From: Eledone cirrhosa
Taxonomy: Eukaryota
Reading direction: 5' to 3'
Length of the DNA stretch: 64,000 nucleotides
NCBI GenBank assembly: GCA_964016885.1
Contig: OZ024742.1
Coordinates: 222,084,001 to 222,148,000, forward strand
Part shown: piece by piece, positions 1 through 13,370 of the stretch
Position numbering within the stretch: the stretch's first letter is position 1
How the letters are laid out: the number at the start of each line of letters is the position of its first letter
Notes under the pieces: model-generated
What the model saw: only the letters and a program-made list of their open reading frames with translations
The model's database searches: none
What the model was told of the DNA's origin: nothing
Program-made: the position numbers and the translations under genes

Positions 1-792
1 GTGTATATGTCTACATGAGAGTGTATTTGTCTACACGAGAATGTATATATCTACACGAGAGTGTATATGTCTACACGAGAGTGTATATTTCTAGAAGAGA
101 ATGTATATGTCTACACGACCGTGTATATACCTACATGAGAGTGTATATTTCTAGAAGAGAATGTATATGTCTACACGAGAGTGTATATGTCTATACGAGA
201 GTGTATATGTCTACATGAGAGTGTATATGTCTACACGACCGTGTATATACCTACACGAGAGTGTATATGTCTACACGAGAGTGTATAATGTCTACACGAG
301 AGTGTATATGTCTACACGAGAATGTATATGTCTACATGAGAGTGTATATTCCTACACGAGAGTGTATATGTCTACACGAGAGTGTATAATGTCTACACGA
401 GAGTGTATATGTCTACACGAGAATGTATATGTCTACATGAGAGTGTATATGTCTACACGAGAGTGTATATGTCTACACGAGAGTGTATATGTCTACACGA
501 GAGTGTATATGTCTACACGAGAGTGTATATGTCTACATCAGAGTGTATATGTCTACACGAGAATGTATATGTCTACATGAGAGTGTATATGTCTACACGA
601 GAGTGTATATGTCTACACGAGAGTGTATATGTCTACATGAGAGTGTATATTCCTACACGAGAGTGTATATGTCTACACGAGAGTGTATATTCCTACACGA
701 GAGTGCATATGTCTATATGAGAGTGTATATTCCTACATGAGAGTGTATATGTCTACATGAGAGTGTATATGTCTACACGAGAGTGCATATGC
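1..792. repeat. Minisatellite, ~20-bp unit GAGTGTATATGTCTACACGA
   Basis: About 39 near-identical 20-bp tandem units. The MSTRECICLH ORFs are artefacts of this repeat. Confidence 0.97.
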
Positions 793-1114
793 ACCTATTA
801 GAGATTTCAATTCTAGAATGATTTATATATTTTCACAATTCCATTAATGGTCTATAATTGTATTTCCTTAATTAATATTATAATCAGAGACCCGTCACTT
901 GCGGTCAACAAATGAAGCTTAATGGTGTAATTGTTTTGTTTTGAGATGACAAATGATTTAACTCTGGGTGAAATCCGTGCAATTATATGTCCATTCTGTT
1001 CATATAGCCAACAGTAGAGCCTTTTATTGGTATTTTATTGCAATTAAATAAGTCGTAATTGATTCCATATCTCCGGGAAATATATATTTTATTATTCTAG
1101 TTTCTTCTATCTCT

Positions 1115-1815
1115 CTCATGGATCTGGCGTTATCGTAGCGAGGGGGATTGTGTGTTTCGTAAGTCCGAGAGAGCGTTACCGTCTGGAGCTTTGCTCCTGG
1201 TAGGGCCACCCTAGGCGGGTCAGTCTTCCGGGGAGGTCCCAGACCAATGGTGACCCGCAGTGCGTCGGCTCGCTGCCAAGATGGCAGCCCCCCATCATCC
1301 GACTATTCTGTGGAGGGTCAACAACCTGCCCAAGAAGATCCATCAACCTGTTACGAAAAACCGACCAGAAGAGACCGGACTGTCCAATATCGGAATGAAT
1401 CTCTGCATCTCCCCCCCCCCCCCACCACCACCACCACCACCGCCAACGAGAAATTGACTTACACTACAAAATTCGTGTTGCCACATGGAACGTCCTGTCG
1501 CTCCTTCATCCCGGAGCAGCCATTTTACTATCCCGAGAGCTATCTCACCCTTGTGGGATTCTGCAAGATACGCTGGCCTGACATCGGTGAGTTCATCACG
1601 GGAGACCACTGCCTCATCTTGAATGACCCTAAAGACATGACGGGCATCTGCGGTGTGGCACTGGCTGCGCCCAAGCACGTCCGTAAGTCGCTCATCAGCT
1701 GGTACCCGGTGAGCGACCGTTTGCTGCCCGCCTGTTTTTTTTTTCCACCGACACGGGAAGATGACTATCGTCGTCGCCTGTACCCCTACAGATGTCGCAG
1801 AGAACACTGTCATCT
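1115..1815 (+). mobile_element. RTE-clade LINE 5' fragment (5' UTR plus decayed AP endonuclease)
   Basis: Translation shows RWPDIGEF...GVAL...WYPVSDRL...TIVVA, an RTE endonuclease signature. Upstream is an RTE-like UTR (ggtagggccaccc...cccagacc). Confidence 0.7.
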
Positions 1816-2158
1816 TTGAGAATATTGTAACCAGATCAAGATTCTTCTTCATCCCACTTATGTTCTTGACATGGAGTTTCAGGTCATCGACAAAAAATTT
1901 TTGAGTTAGGTTCGTATTTTTGCCCTCCTGTGAGCCAATGATGTATCCTTCACATTTCTCGAACAGAAAGGACAAGGGGTTTAATGACAGGATAAATAGT
2001 ATCACAGAGTGACTGTCTCCTTGAAATATACCCCTGTGATATTCTATTTTATCAGTGAAAATAAAGTCCTGTTTCTCTGTTTTTAACTTTAGAATAGTAG
2101 CGAAACAAGAAGATAGCTCCTTTATGGCTCTGATAATAGTGTGTGGGACTTTAGCAAG
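1815..2158 (-). mobile_element. R4/Dong-type RT fragment
   Basis: [26 protein letters not shown], homologous to the RT at 18450-20320. Confidence 0.8.
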
Positions 2159-2301
2159 TCGGGGGGGGGGGGGGCTATCATCCAAGAATGGGGAACAGAA
2201 TTAAATGTAGGCATGTATGTACGTATGTACGTATGTACGTATGTATGTATGTATCTGTGTATGTATGTATATATGTATTATCTGTGTATGTATGTATGTA
2301 T

Positions 2302-2913
2302 GGTCAGGTCACCACTTGGTGCTACTGGTAACATGTATCCCAGTACAACCTGTCTCATGTTCGGGTCGTAGGCGACTAAACTGGCCACCCGACCAAGGTT
2401 TCTTGGTGAGGAGGGTGACTTTGGACATCCTGCAGGACTAAAAACAAAACCTGTCAAAGGGCAAAGGAGCTCTTAAGAGTCAATGGCCATCCAAAATCAC
2501 CGGGAGAGATGACTCCTTAGCCTTTGTCAAGGCAGAATTCTAGGAGAAGGAAAACTCTGATATAACACCTGCAACCCTGATGGTATTCAATGAATTTGAC
2601 TTGTTCTTCTTTTTGGTAAATATCATCTTGGTTAAGAGAGTGGAACTGGCCTTGTGCAGTGCCTTTGCTCACTATAAAAGCTTCACGGCACAGGCATTGC
2701 TTTATATCTGGAGATCTCTCTGCACTTGTTGTCACATGGTACCATGGGCCCAGCACTATGTGTCAGTAATCGTCACGAGTGTAGTGTCTGTACCAGAGTT
2801 TTCAAGTCGCTGTCTGGACTAAAAAGTCACACTCGTTCAGCGCATCGGTAGGGGTTCTCCAACATGGATATAAAGTAGTGGCCGTACTCGAAAACGAGTT
2901 GGCAGCCACCATG
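2302..2913. mobile_element. Non-coding ~610-bp retroposon (RTE-UTR-like) in (TATG)n, copy 1
   Basis: Inverted homologue at 3345-3874. The same ~65-bp interrupted microsatellite string flanks both sides (TSD-like). Contains CTAGGAGAAGGAAAACTC, an RTE 5'-UTR-like motif. Confidence 0.7.
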
Positions 2914-3344
2914 TTTGTATATATGTATGTATGTACGTATGTATGTATCTGTGTATGTATGTATATATGTATTATCTGTGTATGTATGTATGTATGTATG
3001 TATGTATGTATGTATGTATGTATGTATGTATGTATGTATGTGTGTATGCAAAAAATAAGCGGAAATGAAGCAAACAATATAGTACAATAAAGAAATATAT
3101 TAGTTTGATGCTTGATATAGTCAGATAAAAGTCGTTCATCAGAAGATGGAATGAGAAATAAAGGATGAAATAGAATGATGGAAGAGTGGGGAGAGGGAGG
3201 AACGATAATATTTTTTTAAAAGAAAAATCACGTGTGTATTCAGTCAGCCATTTACAAACACGCACGCACATACATACATACATACATACATACATACATA
3301 CATACATACATACATACATACTTACATACATCCTTACATACATA

Positions 3345-3874
3345 CATGGTGGCTGCCAACTCGTTTTCGAGTACGGCCACTACTTTATACCCATGTAGGA
3401 GAACCCCTACCGAAGCGCTGAACGAGTGTGAATTTTTAGTCAAGCCCGCGACTTGAAAACTCTGGTACAAAGACTACACTTGTGACAATTATTGACACAT
3501 AGTGCTGGGCCCATGGTACCATGTGACGACAAGTGCAGAGAGATCTCCAGATATAAATCAATGCCTGTGCCGTGAAGCTTTTATCATTGGATACCATCAG
3601 GGTTGCAGGTGTTATATCAGAGTTTTCCTTCTCCTAGAATTCTGCCTTGACAAAGGCTAAGGGGTCATCTTTCCCGGTGATTTTGGATGGCCATTGACTC
3701 TTAAGAGCTCCTTTGTCCTTTGACAGGTTTTGTTTTTAGTCCTGCAGGATGTCCAAAGTCACCCTCCTCGCCAAGAAACCTTGGTAGGGTTGCCAGTTTA
3801 GTCGCCAACGACCCGACCATGAGACAGGTTGTACTGGGATACATGTTACCAGTAGCACCAACTGGTGACCTGAC
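3345..3874. mobile_element. Same non-coding retroposon, copy 2, inverted, internal deletion of ~90 bp
   Basis: Reverse complement of 2302-2913, flanked by (CATA)n. Related partial copies at ~4985-5080 and ~33825-34290. Confidence 0.7.
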
Positions 3875-4004
3875 ATATATACATACATACATACATACTT
3901 ACATACATACATGATGGCTGCCCCCTCGTTATTAAGTATGGCCATTGCACGATATAACAATATTAATAATTACTAGGCGGTGATATAACATTATTAATAA
4001 TTAC

Positions 4005-4175
4005 AGGGCGGTGAATTGGCAGTATCGGTAGATGGTTGGACGCCATGCTTTCCAGTCCGAGTTCAAATCCCGCCGAGGTTAACTTTGCCTTTAATCCTTA
4101 CGGGGTCGATAAAATAAAGTACCAGTAATGTACTGGGTAATTGCTGGCCTTGTGCCAAAAGTAGAAACAATTATT
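4005..4175 (+). mobile_element. tRNA-derived SINE (octopus-type)
   Basis: B-box GAGTTCAAATCC followed by core ...ctttgcctttaatcctt..ggggtcgataaaataaagtaccagt...ggccttgtgccaaaa and an (ATT) tail. Confidence 0.85.
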
Positions 4176-5764
4176 AATAATTACTAGCAGAAAAACTACC
4201 CTTCGGATGGTTTTCTGCTAGCATGTGTAGTGTGTATATTAATATACACAAGTATATATGCATGTAGATATGATACATCAAATAAAATCGTAATTGACAA
4301 TATACACAGAATTTGTTATGTAATCAGTAACGTAATCCATGATACATTAAAAAAAGACGATATTATATATAAACTGCATTAGGAGAAAATTAGTGACAGA
4401 AATATATGAATGTTTATTTAAGCGATCGCTAACCGGAAGTGTTGACATTTGAAAATTTTAAAGAAGTGAATCTTTAAATAAGCAATAAAATTATTTATAT
4501 TTAACCAAGAATAACGAAATTTAAAAGATAAATTATGTAATATTCATTCATTATTTATTCAAAGTAATCCAACTTATTTTACAAATGGGATAATAAAAAA
4601 AATATTCTGGACGCAGACCTGCACTCCTTACTTTATTATAGTTTAGATTAATTATTGCTATCATGTAATGCCTGTGTGTGAAGATTTCTTTTAAAGTGAA
4701 GAAAGTCTGTGCACTGAGCCAATTCCACTCTCTAAGCAACAGTAGTTTTAACCCGAAAAGAAGAAATGATCAACACCATCGGTAACTGCTGAGCTGCAGG
4801 TTTTATGTCGGAGTTATCCCAGTTGCCTTCTAGAAGAATGCCTTGACAAAGGCTAGGGGTCCTTCACTCCCAGTGGTTTAATCGCGCAATCGGGTATCCA
4901 GCTCGAATATTTCTATGTTCCCGCGTATATACATATCTACATATATATATACACATGTATACATGTATATACATATTTACACATTTTTGGATGGCTGTTG
5001 ACTCATATGAGTTCTTCAGCCCTTTGTCAGGTTTTGTTTTTTTGTCCTACAGGGAGTCTATAATCACCTTCCTCACCAAGTACATACATACATACATACA
5101 TACATACATACATACATACATACATACATACATACATACATACATACATACTTACAGACAAGCAAACAGATAGACAGACATTTATACACACAAACACATA
5201 TATGATGGGCTTCCATGCTGTTTCCGCCTACCAGATTTCCTTCACAACTTATTTGACAACCCAAGGCTATGACAGAAGGTACTCCAATTACACAAGGAAC
5301 TAAGTACCATAGCGACACCAACATGTAAACATTACCCTCCCTCGCCCACTTAGCTACTTCCTGATTCAACAGCATGACGTCATCTCTACACCATCATTAT
5401 CAACACAAAAAGATAAAAGATAACCAAATAACGCACTAAGCCTCACTTTCAGATTATCATTTAGTGATGACCGCCATTTTGTGTCTGGTCTCCATAGTAA
5501 CAGATGCTATGGTATTTCTTGCTGAAATGCTTTGATTGTGGTGATGGTGTTAGTGGTGTTAGTGCTGATGGTAGTGCTGAAGGCAGTGGGGGAGATGGTG
5601 GTGTTGGTTATGGTGGTGGTAGTGGTGATTGTGGTGGGATGGTGGTAGTAGTGGTGGTAGTGGGAGAGATGGTAGTGGTAGTGGGGATACAACACAGAAA
5701 CATCATAATTTAATTAACATCATTCTTCTTGACATGTTATTGTTTTGTAATTAACAACAACAAT

Positions 5765-6075
5765 AATTATTTCTACTTTAGACAAAAGGTCAGCAATTTG
5801 AAGGGAGGGGGGAATAGTCGACTAAATCGACCTCAGTGCGTGTCTGGTACTTTATTTTATCGACCACGTAAGGATGAAAGGCAAAGCTAACCCGGTGGGA
5901 TTTGAACTTAGATCGTAAAGGGCCGTAACTCTATGCTACGAAGCATGGTGTCCGACTCTCTACCGATACTGCCAATCCAATCCAACGAATAATAATAATA
6001 ATGATGATTTCTTTATTAACCACAAAGGGTTTACGTCAAGAAAAACATTATGATAATACAGGACGAAAACATAGA

Positions 6076-6108
<33 letters not shown>

Positions 6109-7930
6109 AGTGTGAAGGTTTTGCGTGTAAACAAATTTTAAGAATGTTAAAAAAGATGTCAATAAAATTAAAACAAAGAAGAAAGAAGAAAGAAGGTTTC
6201 TCATAAAATTAAAACAAATAATTGTTTCTACTTTAGGCACAAGGCCAGCAATTTGAAGTGTAGGGGGGAGTCGATTAAATCGAAATCAGTGCATTACAGG
6301 TGCTTTATTTTATTGACCCCGTAATGATGAAAGGCAAAGTTAACCTCGGTGGGATTTGAACACAGACTGTAAAGGGCTGTACCTCTATGCTGCAAAGCAT
6401 GGCGTCCGACCCTCTACCGATGCTGCCAATCCATCGCCCTTAAACAAATAATAATAATTTTTTCTACTTTTGGCACAAGGCCAGCAATTATTAATCAGTG
6501 TATTACTGGTACTTTATTTTATCGACCCCGTAAGGATGAAAAGCAAAGTTAACTTCGGCGGGATTTGAACTCAGTTCATAAAGGGCCGTAACTCTTTGCT
6601 GCAAAGCATGGCGTCCGACCCTCTACCGATACTGCCAATCCACCGCCCTTAAACAAATAATAATAATAAGAAGAATTTTTTATTAACCACAAAAGTTTTA
6701 CAAAAAGCATATTAAGGACGGTTCAGTATGACAGAGTGTGGTTTTGTGGAAACGTGTAAAAATGAGAAATAACGAGAACAAAAACATAAGAAGGAACAAT
6801 AAATTTAAAACAAAGAAAATTCCTCTCCAAAGGGGGAAGACTTCCAAGGGTGTCTCTTGAAAAAAGACCCCATAAAAAACTACAGTAACTCTGACCACTA
6901 AGGCAAGTGCCTTCTCCCACATGTTCACCTCCATTCCACATGTGTATACTCAGAGCAGGCCCGTTTACTCGGACCATATACTCCAAATAATAATTGTTTC
7001 TAACAAAGACGCAAGGCCAGTAACTGGATTGGAGGTGGGAGTTCATAAAAAGTCGATTAAATTGATTTTGGCATCTTACTGATACTTTATTTTATCGACC
7101 CCGCACACATGAAAAGCAAAGCTGACATCGGCGAGATTTAAACTCAGAACGTATAAAGGGCCGTAACAAAATTCTACAATACATTTTGTCGGACGCTCTA
7201 CCGATTCCGCCAATCCACAGCCCTTGTTCACTAATCTTAATAATTCTTTCTACTTTTGGCACAAGGCCAAAGTCGATTAAATCGACCCCAGAAAGATGAA
7301 CGGCAACGTTAACCTCTGTGAGACTTGAACTCAGAATATAAAGAGCCAGAAAATATACCACAAAGGTGTTTTATCTGACGCTCTACCAATTCTGCCAACC
7401 CACAATACCAATAATATTTATATTTGTTTTTCCTTTTGGTACAAGGCCAGCAATTTAAGGAGGGAATTAAATCGACCCCAGTGCGTGATTGGTTCCTTAT
7501 TTTATCGACCCTGTAAGGATGAAAGGCAAAGCTAATCTCAGCAGGATTTGAATTTAGAACGTAAAGGGCCGTAACTATGTGCCGCAAAGGATGTTGTCCG
7601 ACGCTCTACTAATTTCGCCAATCCATTGCCCTTGTTCATCAATAATAATAATGGTTTTGACTCAGGTCTATCAATTTTCGGGGTTGAAGTGGTGGAGGGT
7701 GTGTTCAGTGAAAGGAAATTGATTACATTGAGCTTCAGTACTTTACTGAGATTTTATTTTATCGATTCCGGAAAGATGACGTCGGCGAAATTTATTTGAA
7801 TTCAGAACGTAAAGAATCCCGTTGAAGGTAACTTTGCCTTCCATTCTTCCGATAGTGAAGATGAGGATGAGTTGTCGATAAAACAAAGTACCAGTCACGT
7901 ACTGGAGTCGATATAATCTACTGTTCTATT
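5765..7930 (-). mobile_element. Cluster of ~7-8 tandem SINE copies, mostly minus strand, separated by (AAT)n
   Basis: Repeated ggcacaaggccagcaatt...atcgacccc..aggatgaaaggcaaag..gatttgaactcag at ~5770, 6225, 6460, 6995, 7245, 7430 and 7660. Confidence 0.85.
6672..6985 (-). mobile_element. 5'-truncated 3' end of the L1/Tx1-type LINE family (shorter remnant at ~6005-6200)
   Basis: Encodes MVRVNGPALSI, matching the C-terminus ARMARVNGPSLYIVL of 35142. 3' UTR gtggttaataaa followed by (ATT)n resembles 17200-17476. Confidence 0.7.
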
Positions 7931-8296
7931 CCACAAAGATGTCTTACCATGTTGAGGTGAAACGAAAGCGAGATTGTAGTATTTTTTATCCATTTAATTA
8001 TTTTCTAAATATAATTTCCCATTTAAATTTAATTTTTCGCGTTTTTTTTTTTATTTGCCAAGGAGCTCTTTTTTTTCTTCTCCTTTCTTTCCAATTAATA
8101 AATTACTGATGTGTCAACAATGTTTTATTTCAATACTATAGTGTACAACAGAATATATTTATAGATTTTTAGCCAGCGCTATATATATAAACAGATGTGA
8201 ACACATTTATATGGTTGGGGAACTTATTTTAGTCGGTCTAGCTTATATCCCCCCACCACAAATAGGGATTTTGGCTTAAGTTTAATATGTATATAT

Positions 8297-8490
8297 ATAG
8301 GAAAATGTTTCACCTCGACAGCAGAGCTCAAGCCATTTCGACGGCTATTTCTGGACTGAAATAGCCGTCGAAACGGCTTGAGCTCTGCCGTCGGGGTGAA
8401 ACATTTTCCTATTACCCCCTCTACTACCCTAAGTATTGACTACTCTGGTGCGGTATGGTCCATCTGGTTCCTTACCACATCTCCTTCGTT
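8297..8490 (+). mobile_element. Hairpin PLE-tail element, family B
   Basis: ~55-bp inverted arms plus an ~80-bp tail ending CTTCGTT, in (TA)n. Six copies in the window. Confidence 0.75.
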
Positions 8491-8576
8491 ATATATATAT
8501 ATATATATATATACGTCGAATTTTGTTTATCGTGAACTCGTGCGCCGATTTTTCGATACTCGATTATTCTACTATA

Positions 8577-8635
<59 letters not shown>

Positions 8636-8699
8636 TGTACAACCGAATGTATCTATAGATTTATAGACACTACTGTGTATATATACATATGTACACAGA

Positions 8700-8827
8700 T
8701 TAACACCTTGTTCGTATATAAGGTGCTACAAAATATATCTATAAATTTTTAACTAACACTGTGTATATAGAGTAGTGTCTGTATATAGATGTTTGCCCAG
8801 CTCTGTATAAAACAGATGTGAACATAT

Positions 8828-8867
<40 letters not shown>

Positions 8868-9305
8868 CAGAATATATCTATATAGATTTTTAGCCAACCC
8901 TATATATATAAACATGTAAAACACGTCTGTATATACTGTATATAGGTAATATTGTATAAACAGATGTAAACACCTTGTCTATATATACTGCACTACAAAT
9001 TATATCTATAGATTTTTAACGTTGTCTGTATATACTGTACTACAGAATATATCTATAAATTTTAACCAGCACTGTGTATATAGACTGGTTAAAAAAAACT
9101 TGTCTGTATAAGGATGTTTAACCAACACTGTATATATAAACAGATGTAAAAGCCTATATATACTGTACTACAGAATATATCTATAAATTTATAGGCAATT
9201 CTGTATAAATATAAACACATGTAAACACTTTATCTATATACGGTATACTGCACTATAGAATATATATATAGAAAGATTTTTAGCCAATGTTGTATGTATA
9301 AACAG
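8700..9305. repeat. Degenerate ~70-bp minisatellite
   Basis: Recurrent tatactgtactacagaatatatctatagatttt...aaacagatgtaaacac. Confidence 0.7.
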
Positions 9306-9338
9306 TAAAAATTTAGTTAGTCTCGCTTACATAAAGAT

Positions 9339-9464
9339 CTCCCTACCATGGTTTCGTTGCGGAAGAAGCAATTTATTGGAAATACCAATATTTGAACAAT
9401 CCGCAATACTCTTCATCAATACAGCCTCTTAGTTTTGAAGAATTAAACTTCCCTGAAGAGTATA
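9339..9464. ncRNA. Rearranged hammerhead ribozyme remnant (family G)
   Basis: Minus strand: (a)UGAAGA-GUA-UUGCGG..CCGCAA-C-GAA-ACCAUGGU-A^GGGAG. The matching 5' part CUUCC-CUGAAGA-GUAU lies inverted at 9448-9463. Confidence 0.5.
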
Positions 9465-9551
9465 GATATTTTTTGTCTGTCTGGCTTATACTGCCATAAA
9501 TAGAGTTTTTCTCACTTAAATTCAATATGTTTTATATATATATATATATAT

Positions 9552-9679
9552 AACGAAGGAAAAGTGGTAAGGAACCAGGTGGACCATAATGCACCAGAGT
9601 ACTCAATACTTAGGGTAGTATAGTGGGTAATAGGAAAATGTTCAAGACCCCTACGGCCCATCGGGATCTTGAACATTTT

Positions 9680-9684
<5 letters not shown>
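9552..9684 (-). mobile_element. Hairpin PLE-tail element, family B
   Basis: Same tail as 8297-8490, with a short inverted arm ending TTCCTAT. Confidence 0.75.
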
Positions 9685-9713
<29 letters not shown>

Positions 9714-9773
9714 AATATATATATATATATATATATATGGTTTTATAAATATAGTTTCCATTTGTTAATATAT

Positions 9774-9847
<74 letters not shown>

Positions 9848-9850
<3 letters not shown>

Positions 9851-11101
9851 GGTGTCCATAAAGTCTCTTTACAATTTAAAAAATATATTACAAAGACAAT
9901 TGATGAGATATCTTCACCAGATTTGTTCTAAGTACTCAGTAGTTATTACAGTTTCTAATCACATTGCATTTGTGTACTTCAGATATCCTGCTGATGAAAA
10001 AGGTACTGTTAAATGACACCCTAAAAATGGCAAGAAAAGGCACAATGTGTGTCATGGTTTATTGAAACAAAATTGGATACGCAGACTCAACGAAACTACA
10101 GAACTAAGTATGGAAGCGATCCACCGTCACGTCCGTCAATTCGTGTATTGCACAAGAAATTTATGGAGACAGAGATATTGTTGGATAAAGGGAGGAGTGG
10201 ACGACCAAGAACATCGGAGGAAAATATGGTTATTGTAAGACAAGCTTTTCAGCGTTCTCCTACAAAATCCATCCGTACTACTGCCAGACAGTTACAGCTG
10301 CCACGTTCAACAGTACAAAACGTCCTACACAAGAACCTTTACAGGCACTCGAGCCAAATGATAAACCAAGAGGAAAAGAGTTTGCAGTTGACATGCTGGA
10401 ACGAATTTCTGAAGATGAAACGTTCCTCACCCGCGTTTGTTTTAGTGACGAGGCAAACTTTTATGTTTCAGGGAAACTGAACACACATAATGTGAGAATC
10501 TGGGGATCAGAACACCCCCATGTGACTAGGGAACTTCACCGAGATAATCCAAAGGTGAATGTGTGGTGTGGGATTATGTGCAATCGAATCATTGGTCCAT
10601 CTTTCTTCAATAAGACATCAATTACTGCAAATGTTTACCATGACCTTTTGACTGAATATGTGGCACCTCAACTAGATGACCATCAACAAACAATCCTTTT
10701 CCAGCAAGATGCTGCACCATTACATTGGGGACTGCATGTTCGTCGGTTCCTAAATCAAACATTTCCAGACCGGTGGATTGGAAGGGATGGCCCAATTCCC
10801 CGACCACCACGTTCACCAGATATCACTCCCTTGGACTTCTTTCTATGGGTTATGTTAAAGATATCGTGTATCGAACAAAGATACGGGACATCACTGATCT
10901 AAAGCAAAAGATCACTGCCATTGCCCCCATTGATGAGACTGTGCTACTGCAAACATGGCAAGAAATCAAGTACCATCTTGATGTGCTTCGTGCAACTAAT
11001 GGTGCCCATATAGAAGTGCATTAAATTAGTTTTAAAAAAACTTCAATATCTACTCCTCATTTCGTAACAATTTTCACATATTTGACTTTATGAATACCCT
11101 G
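9848..11101 (+). mobile_element. IS630-Tc1-mariner DNA transposon, DD41D type, frameshifted transposase
   Basis: TIRs CAGGGTGTCCATAAAGTC / GACTTTATGAATACCCTG with TA on both sides. Motifs SGRP, FSDEA, FQQD, RSPDITPLD. 41 residues between the 2nd and 3rd Asp (counted). Confidence 0.92.
10026..11024 (+). pseudogene. DD41D mariner transposase split over three frames
   Basis: ORFs 10049-10480, 10393-10902 and 10725-11024 join into one transposase ending GYVKDIVY...NGAHIEVH. Confidence 0.88.
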
Positions 11102-11158
11102 TACATTACCATTAATACACACACACACACACATATATATAGAGAGAGAGAGATATAT

Positions 11159-11248
<90 letters not shown>

Positions 11249-11357
11249 ATGGTAGCTATACTGCTTCCATAGGCGGTATGTCAGTTGAGCACTCTATGTT
11301 CTTACAGAGCAGAGTGTGATATAATATAAAACGAAAATCTTTTTCGTTTTTTCGTTT

Positions 11358-11418
<61 letters not shown>

Positions 11419-11502
11419 TGAATGCTTAGAGGACTGTCGTCATTGAAACATGTATCAATAAAGGATCCTTTAACATCAACAGCAACTACGCACTTTCATT
11501 AT

Positions 11503-11581
<79 letters not shown>

Positions 11582-12100
11582 TTGCGTGTGTGCGTGTATG
11601 TGTTTGCGTGTGTGTGTGTAATGAGCAATAATTAAACCTATAAATAGACATATATTCTGTAGAGCAAAATATATGTCGTAGTTAAGCCTATAAATACAGA
11701 TATATATTCTGTAGTATTCTATTAATGATTGTACACATAGTGATTTCATTGATGCAATTTCTGACGTCAACGCTGCACTAAAACCCATAAAATCATAAAA
11801 AAAAAAGGAGAAAAAAAGACAAAACGAAACGATAAACGTCATGACTGCAGTGACGTCACTGTTAACAATTACATCGCTTATGACGTCAGAAAGTACATAA
11901 ACTTCCAAAACGACTTGGCTTAATAGACAGCATAACAGCTTCTGAAATATCCAATATTATAATATATTGACCAGTATCTCCACTTGAGATTCTATACTAT
12001 GTTAGTAATAATATCTAGTAGTTATTTTTGGTCTTAACATTTAGTTACATAATACATACATAGATACATATATTAAATACATACATACACTCATGCATTC

Positions 12101-12141
<41 letters not shown>

Positions 12142-12190
12142 GATGCACACACGCAATCAGACAAACACTGTGCGTGTGTGTATATTTACG

Positions 12191-12338
<148 letters not shown>

Positions 12339-12686
12339 CATACATATATATATATACATACATACATATATATATACATATATATATACAATATATATAT
12401 ATACATATATGCAAAGTTTTATTTAAATTGTTGGGTTAACAACGAGTAAATATTTATAACTGATATAAAAGCACTCAACAAGTATTTGGAGTATATTTAC
12501 GATATTAAATAAATGGAAACTATATTTATAAAACCATATTTATTTCATTATATATATTTCAGGGATATCATATTAAAAATATGTTATGCCTTCTTCAGAC
12601 AAAATACAATATAAACAGTCTTATAAATAGATAGATTCGACATACCTTTCATATACACACACACACAAGCACACACACACACAAGT

Positions 12687-12721
<35 letters not shown>

Positions 12722-12725
12722 CATG

Positions 12726-12781
<56 letters not shown>

Positions 12782-12846
12782 CATATACGCACACACACAT
12801 ATATATATACATGCTCACACACACGCACACACACGTACACACACAG

Positions 12847-12902
<56 letters not shown>

Positions 12903-13081
12903 GCACACACACTCTGATACCCACACACATACTACACAATATAGACACACAGCTACACAATATAGAACCAGGAAGCAGTCTTCAGTATGACGATATACGA
13001 AAGTTATGCAAACATTGTAGCGCCTAACAATCTACCTAGCTACCTGCATCTATTTCATAGTATTATATAAACATATATACA

Positions 13082-13370
13082 AGGGCGGTGGATTGGCAGC
13101 AGTAACGGTAGATCATCGCATAACATGCTTCGCAGCATAGAGTTGCGGCCCTTTACCTTCTGAGTTCAAATCCCTCTAAACTTAGCTTTGCCTTTCATCC
13201 TTACGGGATCGATAAAATAAAGTTCCAGTAATGCACTGGGATAATTGCTGGCCTTGTGCCAAAAAGAAGAAACAATTATTACTATTATTATTATTTACCA
13301 GTCACGCACTGGGGTTGATTTAATCGACTTTCCCCTTCCCCAAAATAGCTGGCCTTGTGCCTATAGTAGA
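13082..13370 (+). mobile_element. tRNA-derived SINE plus a second SINE 3' piece
   Basis: Same core as 4005-4175. The LINE at 13370 begins where the (ATT) tail of the second piece would be. Confidence 0.8.

Noticed and set aside
1-792. Regular 20-bp repeats resembling a CRISPR array
   Set aside because: No unique spacers, no cas genes, eukaryotic context. It is a minisatellite.
1343-2185. 280-aa ORF as a single protein
   Set aside because: Chance read-through from an R4 RT fragment into the antisense strand of an RTE fragment.
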